A stretch of DNA of 63,799 bases, filler included, from Chiloscyllium plagiosum (taxonomy: Eukaryota): assembly GCF_004010195.1 (NCBI RefSeq). It is 4 parts of one record of this genome, joined end to end, with 100 filler letters (N's around TTAATTAATTAA, not from the genome) between each part and the next. Parts side by side here need not be neighbours in the genome. Positions count along the whole stretch, not along the records: positions 28,980 to 51,651 come from NC_057715.1; positions 51,752 to 59,006 come from NC_057715.1; 2 more parts are not named here. One strand, given 5' to 3'. The first letter of the stretch is position 1; each line of letters begins with the position of its first letter. Shown here piece by piece: positions 40,706 through 53,519 of this stretch. The notes beneath the pieces were generated by a model. The model ran no database searches, had not been told where the DNA came from, and worked only from the letters and a program-made list of their open reading frames with translations. The translations under genes were made by a program, and so were the position numbers.

Positions 40706-40769
40706 TCCCGTATTTCGGGAAAGATATCATTAATTGGAGGCAGTTCAGAGAAGGTTCATTCGGACCATG

Positions 40770-43700
40770 AAATCATTTATCGATTGTTGGAAAATCCCAT
40801 CCAGTTCAGTAATGTCTTTCAGGGAAGGAAATCTACCATCTTCACCTAGTCTGGCCTACATGTGACTCCAGACCCATAGCAATGTGGTTGACTCTCAGTA
40901 CCCTCTGAAATGACCTAGCAAGCCATTCAGTTATACTAATCACCACAAAGTCTCAAAGAGATGAAATCAGACAGACCACCTAGCATCAATCTAGGCACTG
41001 GAAAAGAAAACGGCAGAAACAGCTCTGTTGACCCTGCAAAGTTCTCCTCACGAACAGCTGGGGCTAGTACTAAAATTGGGATAGCTGTCTTTGAGACTAG
41101 TCATGCAATTGCCTGACATAGTCATATTCACTGAATCATACTTTACAGACAATTCCCAGACACCAGTATCACCATCTGTGGATAGATTTAGCAGAGGTGG
41201 TGACACAGTCAGGAGGGAGTTGCTCTGGGAGTCCTCAACATTGAATCTGGATCCCACAAAGTCTCATGGTTAAACACAGGCAAGGAAACCTTTTTCTGAT
41301 TACCCACATAGAGTAGTTCAGCAGCAGTAGAGTCATAGAGTCCTACAGCATGGAGACAGGCCTTTTGGCCACACTGGACCATGCCGACCAAAGTGTCCAT
41401 CCACGCTAACCCCATTTCACTGCACTTGGCCCATATCCTTCTAAACCTTTCCTATCCATATATTTGTCAAATATTGTTAATGTACCCATCTCAACCACTT
41501 CCCCTGGCAGCTTATTCCATATGCGTACCATCCTCTGTGTTTTTAAAAAAAAACGTTGCCTCTCCGGTTCGCTTTTAAGCTTTTCCCTCTAACATAAAAC
41601 TGATGCCCTCTAGTCCTCAATTCCCTATCCCTGAGAAAAAGACTGAGTACATTCACCCAATCCATACCTCTCGTGAATTTATACATTTCTAAAAGACACA
41701 CCCTCAGTCCCCTATGCTCGAAAGAAAAGAGTCCTAGTTTGTCCAACCACTCCTTGTAACTCAGGTTCTTGCATCCTAGCAATATCATTGTAGATTTCTT
41801 CTGCATTCTTTCCAGTTTAAAAAAAACCTTCCTATAGCAAGGTGACGAAAACTGAATATAATACTCCAAATGCGGCCTCATCAATATCCTGTAGGACTGC
41901 AACATAACCTCCTAACTTACGTACTCAGTGCCATGACTGATGAAGGCCAGTGTACCAAAAGCTGCCTTCACTGCCCTGTCTGTCTACATGTGACTCCACT
42001 TTCAGAGAACCATGCACCTGAACTCCAAGGCCCCTCTGTTCCATTACACTCCTTAAGATCCTACCATTCACCATGAAACTCCCGAAGAAGGGCTCATGCC
42101 CGAAACGTCGATTCTCCTGCTCCTTGGATGCTGCCTGACCTGCTGCGCTTTTCCAGCAACACGTTTTCAACCATGAAACTCCTGCCTTGATTTGATTTTC
42201 CAAAATGCAAGACCACACACTTATCTATATTACATTGCATTTGCCATTTCTTGGCCTACTTCCCCAGCTGATCAAGGTCCCGCCGCAATTTCTGACAAGC
42301 TTCCTCACTGTCCACGCTGCCACCTATTTTAGCGTCATTTGCAAGCTTACTAATCATGCCTTATACATTCTCACCCAAATCAAAACAAAAAGCAATGAGC
42401 CTAGCAACGGCCCCTGAGGCACTCCACTAGTCACAGACCTCCAGTCCGACGAGCATCCCTCCACTATCACCTTCTGCTTCTTACTATTAGACCAATTGTG
42501 TATCCAATTTGCCAGGTCACCTACTTTCCATGTGAACGAAACTTTCAGAGCTGCCTACCATGTGGGTCCTTATCAAAGGACTTACTGAAATCCATTTGGA
42601 TGTCCATGTCAACCTTCCTGGTCACTTCTTCAAAGAGCTCTAACAAATTTGTGAGGATCTTCCACGGACAAAGTCATGCTGATTACTCCTAATCAAACCC
42701 TGTTTTTTCAAATGCATGTATATCTTATCTCAGAATCTTGTCAAGTGATTTATCTGTCACAGATATTAGGCTTACTGATCTGTAGTTCCCAGGTTTTTCT
42801 TTTCACCAGAATGTGTTATCAACAGTGCTACTAAGCAGCATCTGCTGAACAATAACCTGCTAAATGACGCCCAGTTTGGGTTCTGCCAGGATCACTCAGC
42901 TCCTGACCTCATTAAAGCCTTGGTTCAAACAAGGAAAAAAGAACTGAGTTCCAGAGGTGAGGCAAGAATGACAGCCCTTGACATCCAGGCTGCATATCAA
43001 AGTGATAGAAGTTGGAGTAGGCCATTTGGCCCATCATGCCTATTCTACCATTCATAAAGATGAATGCTAATCTATCCATTGTCTCTGTTTCTCCTATGCA
43101 TCATCCCCATAACCCTTAATTCCCCTCCCATTCAAAAACCCATCCAACTGTGATGAAGTGTGGCATCAATGAGTACTAGCAAAACTAGAATCAATGGCAA
43201 TCTGGTTGGAGTCATGTCTGTCACATAGTAAGATGGTTGTTATTGGATGTCTATCATTGCTCAAGAGCATCTCTGCAGGAGCTCCTCAAAGTAACATCCT
43301 AGACCCAACAATCTTCAGTTGCTTCATTCATGACCTTTCCTCCATCATCAGGTCTTAAGTGGGGATGTTCGCCGATGATTGCGCAATGTTTAGCACCATT
43401 CGTGATGACTCAGTCACTGAAGCAGTGCATGTCCAAATGCAACTCAATATTTAGTGTTGGGCTGACAAGTGGCAAGTAACATTCATGCCTCACAAATGCT
43501 GGTCAATGACCATCACCAATAAGAGATAATTGAGCACTGCCCCTTGACCTAAAATGGTGAGTCCCTTCACTATCAACATCCTGGGAGTTATCATTGATTA
43601 GAAACTCAACTGAACTCATCACGTAAACGCAATGGCTAGATTAGAATCTCCTCAGTTGAGGACAGACTCCGAGCTTGCTGGCCACAGCCACTGTTCTGCA

Positions 43701-44480
43701 GGGAAAGTTCGCTTGATCTGTGGCAATGCCTTCCATTTTTGTTTTTTGTTTTGTTTCTTTGGGGCTGTGTTCAGCTGCACCAACAACCACCACCACCACT
43801 ACTACTGCTGTTCAAGCCTACTTCTGCTGCTGCTGTTGCCTAGGTCACTGGTTCCACCGCTGCTACCTGGGCCTGTCTCTTACAAAATAAATAAGTGCAG
43901 TGGCTATAAGAACAGGTCAGAGACTGGGAATACTGCAGGGAATAACTCACCTCCTGACTCCCGAAAACCTGCCCACTATCCACAAGGCACAAATTAGGAC
44001 TGTGATGGAATGTTCTCCACTTGCCTGGATGAGTGCAGCCATAACAGCACTCAAGAAGTTTGACACCATCCAGGGCAAAGCAGCCCACTTGATTGGCACT
44101 ATATTCACAAGCATCCACTCCCTCAAACACCAACACACAGTAGCAGCAGTGTGTACTATCTAATAAGATGCACTGCAGACATTCACCAAAGATCCAAAGA
44201 CAGCACCTTCCAAACACACGACCACTTCCATCTAGAAGGACAGGGGCAGCTGATATATTGGAACACCACCTTCAAGTTTCCCACCTTCCTGATTTGGAAA
44301 TATATTGCCTTTCCTTCACTATCGCTGGATCAAAATTGTGGAATTGTCTCCCTAATGATATTCTGGGTCAACCCACAGCAGGTGGACTGCAGCGAATCAC
44401 AGAGGCAGCTCAATACCCCTTTTTCAAGGGCAACTAAGGACAAGAAGTTGGCCAGACCCCCACAATATGAATACATTTTT
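40770..44480 (+). mobile_element. Second-family non-LTR element on plus strand, split by a minus-strand CR1 (~41330-42805) and smaller inserts
   Basis: PDIVIFTESY (EN) before the insert; QFGF.QDHSAPDLI, ALDI.AA, MFADDCAMF and IHKAQIRTVMECSPLAWMSA..KKFDTIQ after it. Confidence 0.75.
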
Positions 44481-45795
44481 AAAAATCCTTGACATGGAGG
44501 CATTGTCTTATGAACAAAGGCTAAACAGGTTGGGTTTCTGCTTGAGTTTCGAAGAATGAGAGGTGGTCTCATTTGATTCTTAAGGGGCTTGATAAAATGA
44601 TGTTTTCCCTCCTAGAAGAGTCCAGGACCAGAGGGCATAGTCTCAGAATAAAGGAAGCCAGTTTAGGACTGAGATGAGGAATTTCTTCTCTGATTGTTAA
44701 GACACTTTGACACTCCTTTCCACAAACAGCTGTGTAGTAAAATGTCCTTGTGTATGTGTGTAAGGCTGAGCTAGATTCTTGATCAATAGGGGAATCAAAG
44801 GTTAAGAGGAAAAAGCTGGAAAGTGGAGATGAGGAATGTTGGATCAGCCATGATACTGTTGAATGGCTAAGCAAGTTCCAGGGGTAGATGTACCTGCTCC
44901 TGTTTCTATTTCTTATGGTTTTATTTTCCAAATCTCCGAAAGCCACTTAGGTCAGCTTTGTGTGCTCTCACTCCCACTTACCTCCACTCCAATTGAACTT
45001 TGATTCAACACTTCATCCCACAGCTATCAGCCTATTATCTCTTGTGTGCCAAATTAGAGGGTGAGTTATTTTTTATTGCACCTGTGTGATGCATTTTGGG
45101 ATATATCTATAAATGCAAATTGTACTGCTGTACTAGAACTTTAGTGGAATCTCCAGGAGTGACTGGAAGCTAGGTGAGTAACTGAGTACTAACCTTATGT
45201 TACCCAGCCTTGTAAGGAATATTTGTGATGATCTTGAATTTGAAGTTCTTTATTCTAGGTCTTAAGAGAGCAACTAATATTATGGATATGCTCCTGACAA
45301 GGTGGTACTGGGGCTATGTGGGATCAATTTTGGATCATAGTTTTAGTCAACAACAAAGAAAATCCTTTTTAATTAATTAACAAATTCTACATTGTGTAAA
45401 CTGCCAGTTTAATTTTCTTCTCCAGCCCAAATGCCCATACCTGACTTTCTGCAAATGCTCTAGATAGGACATGCGTAGCTTCCAAATGTAAGCAAATAAG
45501 GGTGCATTTCCCTTATATTAGAAAGTATACATGCAAGTGGTGGAGTTTCCTAGCATGTGTAATTCTCACGTAAATGGTAGCATTACTGGTACCATTGTGT
45601 TTTTGATAGGTTGCTTAAACCTTGGAACTGGCTGTGTTATTTCTGATGTTTCATAGAAGTACAATGTCAGAGATTTAGGGTGTAGGTTTGCTCACTGAGC
45701 TGTAGGTTTGATATCCAGACGTTCGTTACCTACACCCCAAATCTCAACCTGAGCTACAAACCTTCACAAACCTTGTCAGAGATTTGTTTGATAGT

Positions 45796-46408
45796 TGTGC
45801 CGATGCTGCTCATTTGACAAGGTTATTCTGTCTTTGGTTTTTTTTTTCAAGGGATCGTAAATGCATAGATTCTGATATATCTGGGTTTATCTACTTAAAG
45901 AAGCTTTTAAGTTTTTTTTTAAAAAAATTTGTACAATGAAAGAAGAATTCCAGTTCTCCCAGCTTAGCCTTTCTCTGGTTTGTCTTAGTTTTAGCAATCT
46001 GGCTGTCCAGAGCTGTTGGTCAGTTTCAGCTGGGAAGTCTAAAGAAACAGCTACAGTAGAAGGAGGTTCCATGCTAAATCTCTCTGCCTACTCTCTCTCC
46101 TGTAAGAACCTGTGTCTGTTTACCAAGAGGGTATTTATGGGGACTGTTGTATGCATTTGGAACAGCATCATTTAAGTAGGGATAGTTTATTGGGTTTTTG
46201 GATAGGTTATTATGTATTTTGTTCTCTTTTGTTTTCGTTTCATTCGACATTCTGTAATTAAATTCTGTTTTGTTTAAAACCGAGGGTTTTTGATCAGTTG
46301 CATCGTTCCTGAAATATCCATGACACACCTGCTTAAAATAATTAGCAAAGTTAGGGTCTGGGCTTCCTCCTTGAAATATTTTGAGGGGTTCTGGCCTGGT
46401 CCATAACA
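45796..46408 (+). mobile_element. Probable solo LTR
   Basis: TGTG...CCATAACA termini, 613 bp, flanked by TAGT/AAGT (3/4 TSD match), ATTAAA ~150 nt before the end; no coding remnant. Confidence 0.55.
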
Positions 46409-47220
46409 AAGTACAGAACTTGAGCTTGGTTGTTATTTTCGTTCTTAGTGCAGTCAGGACTATTTATCAAATGCTATCCAATTGCAGGATTACATTTAAC
46501 ATCAGCTTTTGAGTTTTCCAATTAATGGCTGTTTGGGTTCGGTCATTACTTACCTTATTATAGACAACTCCAGGATATACAGTTCAATGTGATTTATCAG
46601 TCTCTGGGATGTATGGTTGACATTCCTAGTGTCTAATTGGTATTGAAATTGATATGCCAGATATCTTTCTTGTGTGACTGGTAATAACAGCAATATTCTA
46701 TTAGTGGTGAATACGTTGCTAAGAATTACACTACCATCCAATCCAAATTAGTCAGACTAACAACGTGGTGCACTGCTAGTACTGGATATTGCACAAATAA
46801 TAACAGGACCTCTTCTTTTCAGACAGAACATGTATCTACATTGTATCTGTTTGAAATAAGCAAATAAGTGACACCCATTCTCTAGTTCATCAGATTTTGT
46901 AAATTGACTGTCAGCCATCATCTAACTGATGGCAATGCCTCTATAAATCAGAATCTAATTATTAACCAGTCAACACTCTTTTCATGCTATTGTTCCCTTT
47001 TCACATTAGTATTCCTGCACCCATCAGTAAATTTGGAAGACAAAACTTTGACACTGTCTTTTTTTCAGCAATACAAAAGCACAGTGGGGGTTTCTGATGT
47101 TTTTCTACTTTATCTAAATGATAATTGTACCCAATATAATTGAAAACTTCTGGAAGAATCCAACTCAGGGCTGGGAAGTAGAAGCCGTTGCTTGCTAAAT
47201 TTTGTTTTGAACTTGTACGA

Positions 47221-47434
47221 CAAGTAATTCTTCTATAACGCGATGGTTGCGTTCTTGTGCAATCCTGCATTATAGAAATGTTGTGCTCTAGAATCAACAT
47301 TTTGTGTGATGATGTAATCACATAACAGCCAATACATGTTTTAAAAATTAATGCTTTACACAGTGCCCCCAATTTGTCAATCATGTTACAGCGAAATCAC
47401 ATTATTGAAACACAAGTTATAGCAGAGTGACCTG
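47221..47434. mobile_element. Tigger/pogo-like MITE
   Basis: Imperfect TIRs CAAGTAATTCTTCTATAAC ... GTTATAGCAGAGTGACCTG|TA. Confidence 0.65.
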
Positions 47435-47748
47435 TATGTGATGTTTGTAATAGCTAAGGGAATCGTTTCAAGGATTCATATGGTACATTTAATAAGGTAA
47501 TGTTTTTAGAACCTTGTCTTGGAAAAGTTATTTACTTAAGATACTTAAATTTCTTCTTCTTATTCATTTCTTTTAAACAGTCTTTTGTCTGATTCTTTCA
47601 CTTGCAGTGCATGGGAGCATGTCTCCCAACTAACTACATTTAACACTAATATATCTGATAGGGAATGCCATTCATGAACCAAACAATGCTTGTTGTTTAT
47701 GATCTACCATTTGAAATTAATTCAGAGTAATAACTTTGTCTGTTTCAG

Positions 47749-47838
47749 GCTCTTCGTCTCAGCAATGTTGCATTGGCAAAGACAACAACAGGTCAGATAG
47801 TGAACCTGTTGTCGAATGATGTTAATAAGTTTGATCAG
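47749..47838 (+). CDS. ABCC4: ABC transporter C4 (MRP4) internal exon (equivalent to human exon 5)
   Basis: tgtttcag|...|gtaatg, 90 nt, [30 protein letters not shown], characteristic of ABCC4 TMD1. Confidence 0.95.
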
Positions 47839-48304
47839 GTAATGTGTACTATGTGATAATTGGGTGAATGGATAGGGCTGGAGACAGTCACCATTCACAC
47901 ATTCACAATCATTCTTGTTTCCATACACCCCTAACCCTGTAAATGTAATCAATATTCTTTTTTTTTAAATGCATTTGTATTTTTGTACAATACGATTGCT
48001 ATAATGAGCGATTTTATTTAGGAAAAACAAAGCATAAACTAAATCAGTGACCTATTCTCAACAGAATGAGTCAGACAACTTAGTAATCATTAACAAATGA
48101 AAAAGTCCATCAAATCTGGCTGCATTCAAGAAGAGAAATCTAGAGTTAACATTTTGGGTGACCTGAAACATGAGCTTCCCTCCACAGATGCAGCCAGATC
48201 TGCTGAGCTTCTCCAGCAATTCTGCTTTTGTTTTTGATTTACAGAATCTGCAGTTCTTTTGGCTTTTATAAAACATCAAGTCATTGTTAATCTGGAACTG
48301 TGTC

Positions 48305-48805
48305 TTAAATGTCAAGAGTGTGGTGCTGGAAAAGGACAGCAGGTCAGGCAGCATTCGAGGAGCAGGAGAATCAATATTTTGAGCAAAAGGCCTTCATCAG
48401 GAATGTGGCTGTGAGCTGAGGGGGTGGAGAGATAAGGAGGAGGGGGATGGGCTGGGGGGGAAGGTAGATGAGAGTGCGATAGGTAGATCGAGGTGAGGGT
48501 AATGGTGATAGGTCAAAGAGGAGAGTGGAGCGAATAGGTGGGAAAGAAGATGGAAAGGTCATGAGGTCGGTGCTGAGTTGGAAGGTTAAAACTGGGATAA
48601 GGCGGGGGGAGGAAAAACGAGGAAACTGGTGAAATCCACATTGTTGCTGTGTGGTTGGAGGGTACCGAGGCAGATGATGAGGCCTTCTTCCTCCAGGCAT
48701 CAGGTGGTTAGTGGTGATGGAGGAGGCCTAGGACCTGCATGTCCTTGGTGGAGTGGGAGGGGGAGTTGAAGTGTTAGGCCACGGGGCGGTGGGGTTGGTT
48801 GGTGC
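48305..48805 (-). mobile_element. PLE 3' fragment with tail (same family as 1-1085)
   Basis: KDMQVLGLLH..LEEEGLIICLGTLQPH on minus, purine-rich spacer, decayed hammerhead CCTGATGAAGG at ~48392-48402. Confidence 0.8.
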
Positions 48806-50604
48806 GAATCACACTATGAAGGCCAATGTGCCATCTGCTGTCTTCACCACCTGCTGCACCTGCCTGCTTTTCAGCAACTGGTCTATGAGGGCATTCAGGC
48901 CTTGTTGCACTTCCCCCCTTTTTAACCTATGGTCATTCGGACAATAATCTACTTCCTGTTTTTCTATCCGTGATAACCTCACATTTGTCCACAATACACT
49001 ACTTCCCTCCCACAGTCCAAAAAATGTGCAGGTTAGGTGAATTGACCGTGCTAAATTACCCATAGTGTTAGGTGTAGGGGAATGGATCTGGGTGGGTTGC
49101 TCTTCGGAGGGTCGGTGTGGACTTGTTGGGCTGAAGAGCCTGTTTCCACACTAAGTAATCTAATCTAGTCAAATCACATGTATGCTCAATTACCTTATCT
49201 ACCTGTCCAGCTATCTTCAAGTATCTGTAGACAGTGCAACATCTCTTTGCTCCTCTATATTTCTCAGTATTCTGCTGCATTGTGTGTACCCCCTTACCTT
49301 GTTAGTGTTATACTTCACTGAACTGAGCTACATTTGCCACTGCTGTACCCACTTGATTAGTCAATTTTCCTGCATTTTATAGCTCTTCGTTTTATTGCTA
49401 CTCCAGAACTCTAGTGGCTGCGTTATTATGGTTGAGGCAAGACCTAATTTAAATATATAAAAATATGAACGTTTTGATTGAAAAGTCGTATTTCCTTTGT
49501 TTGAAGAGTAAAATCAAGTAAAGTTGCCTTAGTCCTCCCAGACCATAAAGCTGCTGTCTCATTAGAGGCACACAAGTGGTGGTGGTTTTATGTAAAGGTC
49601 ACCATTCCTTGGCAAGTGATGAGCTTGAGGAGTCCATGGCTAGAGAAGCCATGGACTTAAGATGTTGGCGATTTTAGGGAATTCAATGGAAAATATTTTA
49701 GCGCACAAGGTGCTTGGGATCAGTAACTCAGTGATTGTATAGGTGTTAAATGCAGAAATCCTCAAAAAATATAATAAGTAATGGGTGTGTGCTGCAAGTG
49801 CCACGACTCATGACTATGGACTATTGGCTGCGAGGTAGGATTAAGCTGGCTATCCATCAGCTTTAATGAAAAAAATGGGTTGAATGGCCCTTTGCTACAC
49901 TGTAAATATTTATAATTCAGTGTTTTCTATCTTTCGTAATTGTTCTGTTGTAATCCCCATCAACTCCAAATCTACATAAAATGGACAAAAAACACTTTGG
50001 ATATTAATATTTGAGAACATAAATTTTCCATGATGTTAGTGACACAAAGTTTTTTTTAAGGATGCAATGAGTTATGCATCTGAAACTTGCATTTATTCTA
50101 AATGTTGAGTATTTTCAGGAAAATTCTTCATATACACCTTGTTTCTAAAGCATGATTCAAGTAGCATAAATGTTTCACGAAATATATTTTTATTGAGGGA
50201 AATCAGAGTCATCCTGTGTGGTTTAAATTTAAACAAAGCTTGGCATTTAATGGTTAGCCACCACTAATTGGTACATTATCCACAGTAATGTCTTTACCAA
50301 TCATGCAATCTCTTCTCATTCTGTTATTCACCTTTACATTGGTATCCTTGAAAATGTACTGATGGGTTCAAGATAATATTTTGACAAAGTGTCAGTTTTT
50401 TCAGAAATATCTTCATAAAACATTGTCTTCAACCATGCTTAGGCACTAAAATAGTGTTTTCACATGTTAATCGTCCACATGTTGTTAGCTTACCAAATTG
50501 TGTATCATTGTTACAATATATTGTGTGTTCATTTTTCCTCTTCACTCCTTGATCTTTCCAACGATTTTTAATATTGCTTATGTTTTATCCCAACAATGTT
50601 ACAG

Positions 50605-50768
50605 CTAACCATATTCCTGCATTTCCTATGGGTTGGACCGTTGCAGGCAATTGCAGTGGGAGCACTACTCTGGCAAGAAATAGGGCCATCTTGCCTGGCT
50701 GGAATGGTTATACTGCTTATCCTGATGCCAACACAAACCATTTTTGGAAAGTGGTTTTCAGAACTGAG
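50605..50768 (+). CDS. ABCC4: ABCC4 internal exon (equivalent to human exon 6)
   Basis: ttacag|...|gtatga, 164 nt, [54 protein letters not shown](R); in frame with the previous exon. Confidence 0.95.
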
Positions 50769-51094
50769 GTATGATCATTTTACAAGAGCCTGAAGTTGAG
50801 AGTTTTGGAGAGAATTATTAACTTTATTTCTAGGAAATCCTTGATATTAAATGTGCTTTTGTTCAGATTTTCACATTTGAGCAATATTTTCACTCTGGTT
50901 CTATTTAGATTTCAAATTTCAACTTCAATTTCAAATTTTATTTTTTATATTTGTTCTCTGATTTTGGGTATTGCTGGCAAGGTCAATATTTATTGCATAA
51001 GCCTTGTGTTCCTACGTATAATGGAACATCAACTTCTAAAGTCCTTGTGATGAAAGTGCACCTATTAATTCAGTGAAGTAGAGTTTCAGAATTA

Positions 51095-51651
51095 CTGATG
51101 AAGGGCTCCGGCCTGAAACATCGATTTTCCTGATTCTTGGATGCTGCCTGATTTGCTGTGCTTTCCCAGCAACACACTCAACTCTGTGTGGGCGGCACGG
51201 TGGCACAGTGGTTAGCACTGCTGCCTCACAGCGCCAGCGACCGGGTTCACTTCCCGCCTTGGGCAATTGCCTGTGTGGAGTTTGCATGGGTTGCCCTTGA
51301 GATGTCCGAAGGACAAGGGTAGGGGAGTATTTTGTTTGGTAAAAACAATGACTGCAGATGCTGGAAACCAGATTCTGGATCAATGGTGCTGGAAGAGCAC
51401 AGCAATTCAGGCAGCATCCGAGGACAGGCAAAATCGACGTTTCGGGCAAAAACCCTTCATCAGGAATAAAGGCAGAGAGCCTGAAGCGTGGAGAGATAAG
51501 CTAGAGGAGGGTGGGGTGGGGATAGAGTAGCATAGAGTACAATAGGTCAGTGGGGGAGGAGATGAAGGTGATAGGTCAGGGAGGAGAGGGTGGAGTGGAT
51601 AGGTGGAAAAGGAGCTGGGCAGGTCGGACAAGTCCGGACAAGTCAAGGGGA
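51095..51651. mobile_element. Two convergent PLE tails around a V-SINE 5' fragment (~51190-51290)
   Basis: Plus CTGATGAAGGGCTCCGGCCTGAAACATC (51095-51122); minus CTGATGAAGGGTTTTTGCCCGAAACGTC (51463-51436). Confidence 0.8.
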
Positions 51652-51751
51652 NNNNNNNNNNNNNNNNNNNNNNNNNNNNNNNNNNNNNNNNNNNNTTAAT
51701 TAATTAANNNNNNNNNNNNNNNNNNNNNNNNNNNNNNNNNNNNNNNNNNNN

Positions 51752-52075
51752 TTCTGTTCGCCGAGCTGGAAGTTTTTGTTGCAAACGTTTCGTCCCCTGT
51801 CTAGGTGACATCCTCAGGGCTTGGGAGCCTCCTGGAAGCGGTTCTGTGGTGTTTCCTCCGGCATTTATAGTGGCCTATCCCTGCCGCTTCCGGTTGTCAG
51901 TTTCAGCTGTCCGCTGTAGTGGCCGGTATATTGGGTCCAGGTCGATGTGTTTGTTGATGGAGTTTGTGAATGAGTGCCATGCTTCTAGGAATTCCCTGGC
52001 TGTTCTTTGTTTGGCTTGCCCTATAATGGTAGTGTTGTCCCAGTCGAATTCATGTTGCTTGTCGTCTGCTTGTGT
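51752..52075 (-). mobile_element. PLE 3' end (family of 26590-27125) with hammerhead motif at 51781-51820
   Basis: High similarity to 26635-26730 and 26910-27125; CUGAGGA..GAAACGUU core. Confidence 0.88.
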
Positions 52076-52089
52076 GGTTTCTAGGGATA

Positions 52090-53510
52090 GGCCATTTCAA
52101 TGTTGTAATTGCACCAGCCTCACCACTTCCTCTGGCAGCTCATTCCATACATGCACCACCCTCTGTGTGCAAAATGTCCTTCAGGTCCTTTTTAAACCCT
52201 TTCTCCTCTCACCTATGCCCTCTAGCTTTGAGCTCCCCGAACCTGGAGAAAAGTCTTTGACTATTCACCTTATCCATGCCCCTCATGATTTTATAAACCT
52301 CTAGAAGGTCACCTCTCAGCTCCAGGGAAAATAGCCCCAATCAATTCAGCTTCTCCCTACAGCTCAAACCCTCCAACCTTGGCAACATTCTTGTAAATAT
52401 TTTCTGAAGCCTTTCAAGTTTCACAGCATCCTCTCTACAGTAGGGAAAATAGAATTGAATGCAATATTCCAAAAGTGGTCTTGTACAACCACAACGTGAT
52501 CTAACTCCTGTACTCAGTGTACTGACATATAAAGGCAAGCATACCAAATGCCTTCTTCACTTATCCTGCCTACTGGGACTCCACTTTCAATGAACTATGA
52601 ATCAACACTCCAAGGTTCCTTTGCTCAAAGGCACTCCCAGGACCTTACCATTAAGGGTATAAATCCTGCCGATATTTACATTTCCAAAATGCAGCACCTC
52701 ACATTTATCTAAGTTGGGCGGCACGGTGGCACAGTGGTTAGCACTGTTGCCTCACAGCGCCAGAGACCCGGGTTCAATTCCCGCCTCAGGCAATTGTCTG
52801 TGTGGAGTTTGCACATTCTTCCCGTGTCTGCGTGGGTTTCCTCTGGGTGCTCTGGTTTCCTCCCACAGTCCAATAATGTGCAGGTTAGGTGAATTGGCCT
52901 TGCCAAATTGCCCGTAGTGTTAGGCGAAGGGGAAAATGTAGGGGAATGGGTCTGGGTGGGTTGCTCTTCGGAGGGTTGGTGTGGACTTGTTGGGCCGAAG
53001 GGCCTGTTTCCACACTGTAAGTAATCTAAACTAAACTCTATCTGCCACTCCTTGGCCAATTGGCCCATCTGATCCAGGTCTTATTGTACTTTGAGGTCAC
53101 CTTCGGCGTCCACTGTACCTCCATCTTTGGGGTCATCTGCAAACTTACTAACCATACATCTAATGTTCACATTCATACCATTTACATTAATGATGAAAAG
53201 TTGTGGACTCAGCATCAATCCTTGTGGCACATCTCTGATCACAGGCCTCCAGTATGAAAAGCAACCCTCCACTATCATTTTCAAACCTTCGATCCAATTT
53301 TGTATCCAAATGGCTCTTCCTGTATTCCATGTGACCTAATCTTGTTAACCAATCTACCATGAAGAACCTTGTCAAACACTTTACTGAAGGCACTATAGAT
53401 GTCGTCCACCGCTCTGCCCTCATCAATCTTCTTTGTTTCTTTTTCAAGAAACTCAATCAAGTTAGTGAGACACAATTTCCCACACACAAAGCCATGTTGA
53501 CTATGCCTGA
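52090..53510 (-). mobile_element. CR1 RT fragment with nested full-length V-SINE (52716-53030, +)
   Basis: CLTNLIEF, FSKVFDKVLHGRLV, VSKFADD, RLQKIFTRMLP on minus; SINE with A/B boxes. Confidence 0.88.
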
Positions 53511-53519
53511 GCAGTGACT

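Noticed and set aside
50574..50793. ORFs 50574-50774 and 50596-50793 as standalone genes
   Set aside because: The second is the ABCC4 exon plus intron read-through; the first is an alternative frame.
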